From Sandaracinaceae bacterium (lineage in GTDB: Bacteria > Myxococcota_A > Polyangia > Polyangiales > Sandaracinaceae), in NCBI GenBank assembly GCA_044220955.1, contig JBGAQA010000029.1, positions 8,420 through 72,419 of the forward strand: a stretch of DNA of 64,000 nucleotides, given 5' to 3'. Position 1 is the first letter of the stretch, and each line of letters begins with the position of its first letter. A program made the translations under genes and the position numbers. The notes beneath the pieces were generated by a model. That model was not told the origin of the DNA, ran no database searches, and saw only the letters and a list, made by a program, of their open reading frames with translations. Below are positions 11,542-20,612 of this stretch, in pieces.

Positions 11542-13083
11542 CTACTTCGCCGCGCTGATCTTGAGCTCGCGCTTCAGGATCTTCCCCGTCGCCGTCTTGG
11601 GGAGCGAAGGCATGAAGTCGACGATGCGCGGGTACTTGTAGGCCGCGAGGCGCTCCTTGCAGTACGCGATGATCTCGTCCGCCGTGACGCTCTGGCCGGG
11701 CTTGAGGGCGAGGACGGCGCGCACCTCCTCGCCATGGCTCTCGTGCGGCACGCCGAGCACGGCCGCCTCGGCCACAGCCGGGTGCGCGTAGAGGACCTCC
11801 TCGATCTCGCGCGGGTACACGTTGAACCCGCCGCGGATGATCATGTCCTTCTTCCGATCGACGATGAAGTAGTAGCCCTCCTCGTCGCGGTGGGCGACGT
11901 CGCCGCTCGTGAACCAGCCGTCCTTGATGGACTCGGCGTTCGCCTCGGGCTTCTTGTAGTAGCCCTTCATGATGTTGTGGCCGCGGATGCAGATCTCGCC
12001 GGGGATTCCGGCGCCGTCGATCGTGCGGCCCTGCTCGTCGGTGAGCTTGAACTCGATCCCCCAGATCGGCCGGCCGATGGACCCCGGCTTCTTGGGTGCG
12101 TCGAGCGTGTTGAAGCTCGCCACCGGCGAGGTCTCGCTCAGTCCGTAGCCCTCGATGATGTTCACGCCGTACTTATTGTCGAATGCGGTCATCACCTCGA
12201 CGGGCATCGCCGCTCCGCCGCTCGCGCAGTAGCGCAGCGCCGAGAGATCGAAGCGCTCCGCGTTCGGGAAGTGCAGGAGGGCGAAGTACATCGTGGGCAC
12301 GCCCGCGAAGATGGTCACCTTGTGCTTCTGCATCAGCGCGAACGCGCTCTCCGGGTCGAAGCGGGGCAGGAGCACGAGCGTGCCGCCGGCGCCGAGCAAG
12401 GCGTTCTGTAGGACGGTCTGGCCGAACGAATGGAAGAGGGGCAGCGTGACGAGCGCCGAGTCCTCGGGCTTCATCGGCATCAGCGACGTGCGGACGAAGT
12501 AGCTGTTGAAGAAGAGGTTGAAGTGCGTGAGCTCGGCGCCCTTCGGTCGCCCCGTCGTCCCGGACGTGTAGAGGATCACGGCGGTGTCGTCGGCCGAGGT
12601 GGCGGGGACCTCCTCGACCGGCGTGGCAGTCGCGACCAGCGCCGTGAAGTTGAGCGCGCCCTCGGGCGCGCTCACGTCGCTGCGATCGGCCTTGCAGACG
12701 ATCAGGTGCTTGCAGCTCTCGACGCGGCCGAAGGCCGCCTGCGCGGGCGCGAGGAATCCCTCCCACACCACGAGGGCGACGGCATCCGAGTCCATGAGGT
12801 GGTAGGCGACCTCGTCGGCCGTGAGGAGCACGTTCAGCGGCACGATCGGCGTCGCCGCGTAGTGGCCGCCGAAGTACGCGATCGTGAATTGCGGCACGTT
12901 CGGCAGCATCAAGGCGACGTGCTGGCCCGGCCTGACACCGAGGCTCTTCAGCGCACCGGCGAAGCGCCGAGCGAAGCCGTCGATCACGGCGTACGGCAGC
13001 GCTGCTTCGCCGACGACGATGGCGTTGCGTTCGGGAAATCGCTTCGCGCTCTCTCGAAGGATCGTCGCGAGATTCAGGCTCAT
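11542..13083 (-). CDS. Long-chain fatty acid--CoA ligase (FadD-like)
   Basis: YTSGTTGRPKG, EGYGLSETSP, WFTSGD, DRKKDMIIRGGFNVYPREIEE, PKTATGKILK. Confidence 0.92.
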   Translation of the reverse strand: MSLNLATILRESAKRFPERNAIVVGEAALPYAVIDGFARRFAGALKSLGVRPGQHVALMLPNVPQFTIAYFGGHYAATPIVPLNVLLTADEVAYHLMDSDAVALVVWEGFLAPAQAAFGRVESCKHLIVCKADRSDVSAPEGALNFTALVATATPVEEVPATSADDTAVILYTSGTTGRPKGAELTHFNLFFNSYFVRTSLMPMKPEDSALVTLPLFHSFGQTVLQNALLGAGGTLVLLPRFDPESAFALMQKHKVTIFAGVPTMYFALLHFPNAERFDLSALRYCASGGAAMPVEVMTAFDNKYGVNIIEGYGLSETSPVASFNTLDAPKKPGSIGRPIWGIEFKLTDEQGRTIDGAGIPGEICIRGHNIMKGYYKKPEANAESIKDGWFTSGDVAHRDEEGYYFIVDRKKDMIIRGGFNVYPREIEEVLYAHPAVAEAAVLGVPHESHGEEVRAVLALKPGQSVTADEIIAYCKERLAAYKYPRIVDFMPSLPKTATGKILKRELKISAAK

Positions 13084-13225
13084 CGTGGGGCCCCCTACGT
13101 AGGAGACGCGATGATAGGCGCGGGGGTGGTCGGTCGGGAAGACCTACGAGGGCCGCCCCGGGACGTTCGCGCCGCGGCGTGCCGGCCCTCGGTCGCGCGC
13201 TCGACGCCCGCCACGAAGGGAGCGC

Positions 13226-14707
13226 TCAGATCGCGGTGCACACGGCCGCGACGCAGGCGAGCGCGGGCGCGCGGCACGTGTCGGTCAGCGGGCAATCCTC
13301 GCGCGCGATGCACGGCTCGCCCGCGGTCGGCGCGTCGCGGCACGAGAGACCTCCGCTCGCGCTCGGGCCGCACACGCCCGCGCACTCGTTGCCGACGCTG
13401 CACGGCGAGCCGGAGGGCAGATCGGCCTCGCACGTGCCCGAGGGACCACAGTGCAGCGCGGCGGCGCAGCTCCGGTCGCTCTCGCAGCGGCCGCCCGCCC
13501 CGCGCGGCACGATGCACAGGCTCCCCGCGGGGGAGAAGTCGCAGCCGAGACCCTCGGCGCAGCGATTGTCGAGGGTGCATGGCATGCCTTCGGTCGGCAG
13601 CGATGCGCACGTCCCGCCCACGCAGCCGAGGCCGGCAGCGCACGCGCTCGGGCCGAGCTCGCCGAACCCGCAGGGCGCGCCGGCGGTCGGGAGCGGAGCG
13701 CAGTGGCCTCCGTCGCCGTCGCAGGCGAGCCCGGCTGCGCAGATCACGCCGCGCGCGCAGAGCTGGTCGATGGCCGGGCGCGGGGCGCAGGTCCGCGCGT
13801 CATCGCAGTAGAGGTCGGCCGTGCAGTCGCGATCGTCGGCGCAGCCGGCACCAGCGCTCGACCGCGCAGCGCACACGCGCCGCCCTCCGCACTGCGCTCC
13901 GTGGCCGCAGCTCGCGCCGTCGTCGCACGCGGTCGCGCTCGGCGTCGCGCACGCACCGGCCGTGCACGCGAGGCCGTACGCGCACGCGTCGTCGGTCGTG
14001 CACGGGGCGCCCGGGGCTCCGAGCACCTCGCACGCGCTCGCCACGCAGCGGAGCGGAGGCGCGCAGTCGAGATCCTGCGCGCAGGCGGTGTCGCGCGCCG
14101 CGAGCGCGCGACACGCGCCGCCGCTGCACGCGAGCCCCGTCGCGCACGCGAACAGGTCGGAGCAGGCGCCACCCTCGCCCACCGCGGGGCGACAGGTGCC
14201 CGTCACGCAGCGGCCGGCGCCCCCTGCACAGTAGGGTGTGGCGCACGTGCCGCCCAGCGTGCTCGGGTCGACGGCGAAGGGAGCGCACACGGCGAAGGGC
14301 ACCGTACCGTCGGGGCTGGCGCAGGCAGGCGTGCCGGCCCGCGTCGCGGCCACGCACGCCGCGGCGGCCGTGGCGTCGATGCGCGCACCCGCGCTCACGA
14401 AGGGCTGCCAGGCCTCTTGGCATCGCACCGTCCAGCGTGCCGTACAAGCGCCGACGTCGAGCGCTCCTCCGGGCACGATCGCGCCGCAGCCGCAGTCCCC
14501 CGCCGACTCGCACACGAACGCTGCGAGGGGCGCGCAGTAGTCGCGCGCGAGATCCCCCCACGCCCCGCTCGTGTCGAACGCCGCACCGTCTCTCGCAGCG
14601 CCGTCCGAGGTGCTCGCATCGAGCCCGCCGTCGGCGGCTGACGGAGAGCCACCGCTGCAACCAGCCAAGAGGAGTGCCGCGAGGACGGAGCGAGCGTGGG
14701 GCGACAT
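13226..14707 (-). CDS. Cys-rich lipoprotein with repeated disulfide modules (myxobacterial type)
   Basis: Lipobox LLLAGC; many GxxC...CxxGLxC repeats. Confidence 0.75.
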   Translation of the reverse strand: MSPHARSVLAALLLAGCSGGSPSAADGGLDASTSDGAARDGAAFDTSGAWGDLARDYCAPLAAFVCESAGDCGCGAIVPGGALDVGACTARWTVRCQEAWQPFVSAGARIDATAAAACVAATRAGTPACASPDGTVPFAVCAPFAVDPSTLGGTCATPYCAGGAGRCVTGTCRPAVGEGGACSDLFACATGLACSGGACRALAARDTACAQDLDCAPPLRCVASACEVLGAPGAPCTTDDACAYGLACTAGACATPSATACDDGASCGHGAQCGGRRVCAARSSAGAGCADDRDCTADLYCDDARTCAPRPAIDQLCARGVICAAGLACDGDGGHCAPLPTAGAPCGFGELGPSACAAGLGCVGGTCASLPTEGMPCTLDNRCAEGLGCDFSPAGSLCIVPRGAGGRCESDRSCAAALHCGPSGTCEADLPSGSPCSVGNECAGVCGPSASGGLSCRDAPTAGEPCIAREDCPLTDTCRAPALACVAAVCTAI

Positions 14708-14829
14708 GAGCTCGAGGTGTGCGGCGGGGACGGTGCGGTCGCAACCGACGTGCGCGTCGCGCTCGGGGTCACGCCCCCGCCGGACCGGCGTGCTATAGCG
14801 ACGCGCGCTCGTCCAAGGGAGGCTGGATC

Positions 14830-15708
14830 ATGATGCGACTCGTCGAGTGGTTCCTGCGGCTGATCGGGCTCGGTCACCTCGTCCGGCTGAACAGGGACGT
14901 GAACCGCCTCGTCAACACGGTGAACCAGGGCAACTACCAGGGGGCCATGGGACAGAGCGCTGCGATGACGAACGCGCAGGCGCAGGGCGCGTACGGGCAG
15001 CCGGCGCCGCAGGTCGCGGCCGCCATGGGCGTCAACCCCTTCCAGAACCAGCAGGTGCAGAACGCGATGGTCGCGGGCGCGATGAGCAATGCGATGGCGC
15101 AGCACCAGAACAACGTGAACAACGCGGTCGCGGCCAACCCGGCGCTCACGGCGCCCATCGAGGGCGTCACGATCGAGCAGTATGCGCAGGTCGCGGCGGC
15201 CGCGGCCGCGAACCAGGCGCCCGGCGCGTTCCAGCAGATCCTGGCGCAGCACGGGATGGATCAGGCCAAGTACGACCGCGTCGCTGCCGGCTGGAACGCG
15301 CGCATGCGCGACGACCACACTTACGCGCTGACGACCCTCTACGGGCGCGCGTTCGGTGGCGCGGGCCAGGGGCAGTTCGGCGCTGCGGGCGCCGCGGGGG
15401 CGGGCTCGCTCGGCGCCACGGCGGCCACGGGCGTGGGCGCGAACGTCGCGGGCGGCGAGCCCTGCACGTGGGAGAAGTACAACGAGATCGGCGGCGCGCA
15501 GCGCGCGTGGGCGCAGTCCGGCAAGGACGTCAACGCGATGCTCAAGCAGCAGTTCGGCATCAGCGCGATCGACTGGTCGAACATGAGCCAGTACTGGATG
15601 GCCCGCATGATGACCGACGGCCAGAAGATGATGGAGATGAACACGCTGCAGGAGCAGTGGGCAGCCCGCTACGCCGCGCCGAAGGCGGACCAGGACCTCA
15701 AGTTCTAG
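14830..15708 (+). CDS. Uncharacterised protein: amphipathic N-terminus, Q/N/A-rich linker, two similar helical domains (DUF6620-like)
   Basis: Strong GC3 frame; AGGGAGG RBS before ATG 14830; duplicated 'E(Q/K)Y...G...W.ARM..D' unit. DUF6620 resemblance is from memory only. Confidence 0.75.
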   Translation: MMRLVEWFLRLIGLGHLVRLNRDVNRLVNTVNQGNYQGAMGQSAAMTNAQAQGAYGQPAPQVAAAMGVNPFQNQQVQNAMVAGAMSNAMAQHQNNVNNAVAANPALTAPIEGVTIEQYAQVAAAAAANQAPGAFQQILAQHGMDQAKYDRVAAGWNARMRDDHTYALTTLYGRAFGGAGQGQFGAAGAAGAGSLGATAATGVGANVAGGEPCTWEKYNEIGGAQRAWAQSGKDVNAMLKQQFGISAIDWSNMSQYWMARMMTDGQKMMEMNTLQEQWAARYAAPKADQDLKF

Positions 15709-15712
15709 GCCG

Positions 15713-16321
15713 ATGAGCTCGCAGGTTCTCTCGGCCCAGCTCCAGCAGCTCGACGCGAACGTCGACGGGCACGTGCGCTGGATCGTCCAGACCGCTGCGG
15801 CGTGCCCGCCGGGAGGGAACCGGAGCTGGGACCAGGTGCTGGCGCAGTACGGCGCGCGGCCCGACGCCCCGCTCGCGCGGCTCGAGGAAGCCCGGCACGC
15901 CGGCCAGTCGCGGGGCGCGACGCTGAAGGAGGTGCGGCGGGCGATCGACGCCATGCTCGCGCAGGCCAAGGCCGAGCTGGACAAGCTGGTGCCGCCGGTT
16001 CGGTGGGGCGGCGCGGTGGTCGCCGGGACGAGCGACGCGAGCTTCGAGAGCTACGTGGCGACGCTGCGCGCGAAGCTCGCGAGCCTGACCGACGAGGTGC
16101 TCGCCCGCTACACCGCCGACGTCTGCCCGCCCCGGGCCGCGGTCGCGGCGAGCGTGAACAGCGTCTTCGCGAACGCGCAGGCGACGGCCAAGCTCGCGCC
16201 CTGGGCCAACTACGAGATCGACGCGACGAAGGTGCTCGAGTGCCACGCCTGCGGCGCGCCGCAGGAGGTCGCGCTCGACTTCGTCTGCAGGTACTGCAAG
16301 TCCCCGATGGTGAAGCGATGA
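15713..16321 (+). CDS. Uncharacterised helical protein with C-terminal Zn ribbon
   Basis: CHACGAP...FVCRYC; 4 nt after the previous stop; ATGA overlap with the next gene. Confidence 0.75.
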   Translation: MSSQVLSAQLQQLDANVDGHVRWIVQTAAACPPGGNRSWDQVLAQYGARPDAPLARLEEARHAGQSRGATLKEVRRAIDAMLAQAKAELDKLVPPVRWGGAVVAGTSDASFESYVATLRAKLASLTDEVLARYTADVCPPRAAVAASVNSVFANAQATAKLAPWANYEIDATKVLECHACGAPQEVALDFVCRYCKSPMVKR

Positions 16322-17013
16322 GCAACGACGTGATGGAGCGCTGGCGCGGGTTCGTGCAGAAGGTGACCGGCCGCCTCGGCGAGATCATGAGCGAGTCGAA
16401 CGCGGGCTTCGAGGGCCTGCTCCAAGACCCCGGTCTGGATCCGATCACGTTCACCAACGCCATGAACGCGATCGAGATCCGCTACAAGGATCTGCGCACG
16501 AAGCTCGCCACGACGTACTCGGAGCAGGTCGTGCTGCCGACGGTGTTCGGCGGCCGCAACGAGGCCAAGGAGCTGCTCGACCAGGCCGAGACCTGGATGG
16601 AGGACAGCTGGGAGCGCTTCCGGACCGGATGGAACGGCCGTCTCGTGCGTAGCCTCTGGACGCGCGCCCAGCCGCTCATGAACAAGCCCGCCGCGTGCTC
16701 GCGCTGCGGCGCGCAGCTCGCGCGCACGCTCTTCCACCAGGCCGAGAGCATCACGTGCGCGAGCTGCAAGTCCGTGAACTCGGTGTCGCCGGACCCGCTC
16801 GTCTACACGTACTTCGCGATGGCGCCCGACCTGATCGCGGACGAGCAGACCATCCAGCTCAAGCTGGCGGCGGAGCGGGGTCGAACGGACGCGCTCTGGC
16901 AGCAGTACTTCGAGGCCTACGCGAGAGCGCGCGCCGCCATCGCGCCGATGACCCCCGACGAGGTCCGCAGCTACGCCGAGTCGCGCATGAAGATGCTGCG
17001 CGCGTACCGGTGA
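16318..17013 (+). CDS. Uncharacterised helical protein with internal Zn ribbon
   Basis: Starts MSNDVMERW at the ATGA overlap; CSRCGA...ITCASCKSVN. Confidence 0.78.
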   Translation: MSNDVMERWRGFVQKVTGRLGEIMSESNAGFEGLLQDPGLDPITFTNAMNAIEIRYKDLRTKLATTYSEQVVLPTVFGGRNEAKELLDQAETWMEDSWERFRTGWNGRLVRSLWTRAQPLMNKPAACSRCGAQLARTLFHQAESITCASCKSVNSVSPDPLVYTYFAMAPDLIADEQTIQLKLAAERGRTDALWQQYFEAYARARAAIAPMTPDEVRSYAESRMKMLRAYR

Positions 17014-17017
17014 GCGC

Positions 17018-17260
17018 TTGGAGTCGCTCCTCGTCCTCGCGCTGGTGCTCGGTGCCTGCGCCGCGATCTGGTCCCTGAGCCGCCCGAAGCGTCGGGCGAC
17101 GGGAGTGGCCGCGCTGCGGCGCGAGCTGGCGCACCTGACGCACGACGAGGCGTCGGCGCAGCGCCTGGTGGAGGCCGAAGCGAGGCGCTCCCCCGAGGCG
17201 ACGGAGAAGGAGCTCCTCGAGCGGGTCATCCGGCGTCTGCGCCACGAGCGGCGTAGATGA
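17018..17260 (+). CDS. Small single-pass membrane protein
   Basis: TTG start 4 nt after the previous stop; N-terminal hydrophobic helix followed by a charged helical domain. Confidence 0.6.
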   Translation: MESLLVLALVLGACAAIWSLSRPKRRATGVAALRRELAHLTHDEASAQRLVEAEARRSPEATEKELLERVIRRLRHERRR

Positions 17261-17296
17261 CGAGGAAGGGCGCATCGGGCGGTCGCGGCGCGTAGG

Positions 17297-20200
17297 ATGG
17301 GCAGCGTGGAACGTCGCCGCATCGGCCGGTTCGACGTGGAGGGCGTGCTCGGCCAGGGCGGCATGGGCGTCGTGTACGTCGCGCGCGACGCGCTTCTCGA
17401 CCGGCGCGTCGCGCTCAAGGTCCTGCCACCCGGGCACGAGAGCGACGCCGCCGACCGGCACCGGTTGCTGCGTGAGGCGCGCAGCGCGGCTGCGCTCTCG
17501 CACCCGAACGTGGTGACCGTCCTCGAGGCCGGAGAGGACGCCGGCGCCGTGTACCTCGCGATGGAGCTCGTCGAGGGGGGAACCCTCGCGGAGCGTCTCG
17601 GGCGCGGTCCGATGACGCAAGCCGAGGTCGTCCACGTCGGGCTCGGCATCGCACGTGGCCTCGCCAGCGCGCACGCCAGCGGCGTTCTGCATCGGGATCT
17701 GAAGCCGGCGAACGTGATCCTCGGTCCCGAGCTCACGCCGAAGCTGGTGGACTTCGGCCTCGCGCGTGCCCCCGCGCGGTCGAGCGGGCCGGAGGAGCGC
17801 TTGAGCTTCACCGGAGTCGTGGTCGGCACACCCGGTTACATGGCCCCGGAGCAGGTCCGCGGGGGCGAGACCGACGCACGCACCGACGTGTTCGCGCTGG
17901 GCGTGGTGCTGCACGAGATGTGGTCGGGCGCGCCCCCCTTCGGCGCCAGCGGGCTCGCCGCGATGTCGGCCGTGCTCTACGACGAGCCGGCCGCCCTCGA
18001 GCTCGGACGGCCCGGCGCTCCGGCCGAGCTGCGCGAGCTCATCGGGCGCTGCCTCTGCCGCGATCCCGCGGGGCGTCCGCCCGATGCGTCGTGGGCCGTG
18101 CGCGTGCTCGGTGCGCTCGCCGCGAGGCTGCCCCGCGCCGGCGCCCCCGTGGAGTCACCCCTGCCCCAGCCGCGCGCCCAGGCCTTCGCGCCGACCCTCG
18201 AGGTCCTGCGCTCGTCGGTGCGGCCGCGGGCGAGCCTCTCGTCGCTCGTGGGTCGCGAGCGCGAGATCCTGGAGGTCGAGGCGGCGCTCGAGGCGGGAGC
18301 GCGGCTCGTGACCATCGCGGGGCCGCCGGGGATCGGCAAGACGCGCGTCGCCGGCGAGCTCGCGCGACGCGCTTCGGAGCGCGGCAGGCGCTCCGTCTCG
18401 GTGACGCTCGTCGGGGCCAAGGCGCTCGCCGACGTCGAGGCCGCGGTGTACGCCGCGCTGCGTCGCACGTCGTCCGAGACGCCCCTCGTGGAGCTGCTCG
18501 CGCTCGAGGACGCGCTCCTGCTCGTCGACGGAGGGGAGGCCCTCGCCGAGGTGCTCGGCCCGCTCCTCGAATCATGGATGCGCATCGCCTCGAGGATGCA
18601 GGTGGTCCTGTCCTCGCGCGCGGTCCTGCGGGCGCCCTCGGAGCAGGTCGTGACGCTCGCGCCGCTGCCCGAGGCGGTCGGCGTGGAGCTCTTCCTCGCA
18701 CGCTCGCGCCAGGCGCGACCGACGCTCGTGGTCGACACCGCCGTGCGCGAGGCGGCCGTCGAGATCGTCCGCCTCCTCGACGGCAACCCGCTCGCGCTCA
18801 CGCTGGCCGCCGCGCGCGCGGCCGTGCTCTCTCCGCCCCAGATCGCGACCCGTCTGCGCGAGCGCGCGCACGATCGCCTCTCCTTGCTCCAGGAACGGGG
18901 CAGCGCCGGGCTCGCGGACGCCATCGCGTGGTCGTTCCAGCTCCTCACGCCGGGAGCGCGTGCGCTCGTCGAGGAGCTCTCCGTGCTCGCCGGGCCCTTC
19001 GACGTCGAGGCGGCGGAGGCGATCGCGCGTGATCCGGCGGGCGTGATCGAGGGGCTCGAGCGGCTCCGGGACGCGTCTCTCGTGCGCGCCGGGCCCGAGC
19101 AGGGCGACACCGTCCGGATGATGGTGGACCCGAACGTGCGCGCGTTCGCGGCGCGGGAGCTGGAGAGGCGGGGCGATGCAGGCAGCGTCCGAGAGGCCCA
19201 TGCGAACCACTTCGGCGCGCTCGCCGAGCGCGCGCTCACGGGCCCGGGCTCCGCGACGCAGGCGGCGGCGATCGCGCACCTCGATCTGCTCGACGTCGTC
19301 GCGCTGGCGACGCGCGCCAGCGCCGCCAGCACCCGGGCAGCGGGGCTCCGGGCGGCGACGCTCCTCGCTCTGCATGGCGAGACACACGACACCGAGGGTC
19401 TGGAGGCGAGCCTCGTTCGGCTGCTCGAGGTCTCGGACGGAGTTGCGGACGTCGGGTTCACGCTCCGCGCCCGTGCGGCGCTCGGTCTCGCGCGCGCACG
19501 TGGACAGCGGGACACGGAGGGTGCCGTTCGCGCCGCGCGCGAGGCGCTCGCGCAGGCGGTTGCTGCTGGCGATGGCGGTCTCGTGCACCGCGCACGGCTC
19601 GCGCTGGTCGACTCGCTCGTCGCCAGCGCCGCGATCGCCGAGGCGAGCGTCGAGGCGAGCGCTGCGCTCGCCGGAGCGCCGGATGTCGATGCGGAGATCG
19701 ATGCGCTCGAGCGCGCCGCGACGGTCGCGTGGCGACAGAGCGCGCTCGATCGAGCGCTCGCGCACATGCGCCGGGCGCTCGCGCTGGTCGAGGCGCGTCG
19801 TGATCGCCGGCGCCAGGCGGCCGTCCTGCACACCATGGGCATCGTCTGCGTCCAGCAGGGCCGGTTCGCGGAGGCCCGCGCCGCCTACGAGCGCGCGAGG
19901 GAGCTCGGACGTGCCGAGGGCGCGACGCTGCTGGTGGCGACGCTCGCGAACAACCTCGGGGTCATCCACCACGAGCAAGATCGTCTCGACGAGGCGCATG
20001 CGGCATTCGACGAAGCGGCGCGAGACGCGCGGGCGGGCGGTCGCGCGAAGCTCTTCGCCGTCGCGCGGGGAAACCTCGCCTTCATCGATCAGGAGCAAGG
20101 GCGCAATGCCGAGGCGCGTCTCGGCCTCGACGAGGCGATCGCCACGCTCGAGGCCGTGGGCGACCGGCGCTACCGCGCCGCGTACACGCTCGCCCGCGCC

Positions 20201-20479
20201 GCGCTGCTCGCCGACGAAGGTGACGCGGAACGCGCCCGCGCCGACGTGGCGGCGGCCCGCGAGATGGTCCTGCCGAGCCCCGAGCCGCAGGTCGCCGTCC
20301 TCGTCGCGGTCCGCGCGGACTACGTCGAGCACGCCTTGGCGCACGATCCGGAGGAGCGCGCCGGGCTCGCCGTGCGCCTCCGAGCCCACCTGGCCGAGCT
20401 CGAACGTCCTGGGTCGATCTCGTCGCAGAGCGACCTGGTCCGCATGGCGCTGCGGCTCGTGCGCCGTCGTCTCGGCTGA
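17297..20479 (+). CDS. Ser/Thr kinase - STAND-type ATPase - TPR protein
   Basis: HRDLKPAN, DFGLA, GTPGYMAPEQ; LVGRERE, Walker A GPPGIGKT, LDGNPLALTLAAAR; TPR-like NNLGVIH and GNLAFI repeats. True start may be GTG 17306. Confidence 0.88.
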   Translation: MGSVERRRIGRFDVEGVLGQGGMGVVYVARDALLDRRVALKVLPPGHESDAADRHRLLREARSAAALSHPNVVTVLEAGEDAGAVYLAMELVEGGTLAERLGRGPMTQAEVVHVGLGIARGLASAHASGVLHRDLKPANVILGPELTPKLVDFGLARAPARSSGPEERLSFTGVVVGTPGYMAPEQVRGGETDARTDVFALGVVLHEMWSGAPPFGASGLAAMSAVLYDEPAALELGRPGAPAELRELIGRCLCRDPAGRPPDASWAVRVLGALAARLPRAGAPVESPLPQPRAQAFAPTLEVLRSSVRPRASLSSLVGREREILEVEAALEAGARLVTIAGPPGIGKTRVAGELARRASERGRRSVSVTLVGAKALADVEAAVYAALRRTSSETPLVELLALEDALLLVDGGEALAEVLGPLLESWMRIASRMQVVLSSRAVLRAPSEQVVTLAPLPEAVGVELFLARSRQARPTLVVDTAVREAAVEIVRLLDGNPLALTLAAARAAVLSPPQIATRLRERAHDRLSLLQERGSAGLADAIAWSFQLLTPGARALVEELSVLAGPFDVEAAEAIARDPAGVIEGLERLRDASLVRAGPEQGDTVRMMVDPNVRAFAARELERRGDAGSVREAHANHFGALAERALTGPGSATQAAAIAHLDLLDVVALATRASAASTRAAGLRAATLLALHGETHDTEGLEASLVRLLEVSDGVADVGFTLRARAALGLARARGQRDTEGAVRAAREALAQAVAAGDGGLVHRARLALVDSLVASAAIAEASVEASAALAGAPDVDAEIDALERAATVAWRQSALDRALAHMRRALALVEARRDRRRQAAVLHTMGIVCVQQGRFAEARAAYERARELGRAEGATLLVATLANNLGVIHHEQDRLDEAHAAFDEAARDARAGGRAKLFAVARGNLAFIDQEQGRNAEARLGLDEAIATLEAVGDRRYRAAYTLARAALLADEGDAERARADVAAAREMVLPSPEPQVAVLVAVRADYVEHALAHDPEERAGLAVRLRAHLAELERPGSISSQSDLVRMALRLVRRRLG

Positions 20480-20612
20480 GGTCCCCTCCCAGCTCGAACG
20501 AGGCGTCGGTGCGGGCGGAAGGCCGAGCGAGCACGACGGACGCTTCCGCCGCGTGTCGACGGTGCCACGGAACTCGTGCACGCAGCGCGTGCCCAGAGCT
20601 ACGCTCGCGCCC

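Noticed and set aside
20514..20550. GGCGGAAG...CTTCCGCC inverted repeat (similar case GAGGGCCG...CGGCCCTC at 13148-13190) as ncRNA or REP
   Set aside because: Short GC-rich arms with long loops, unrelated to each other and not repeated in the window; at most weak terminators.
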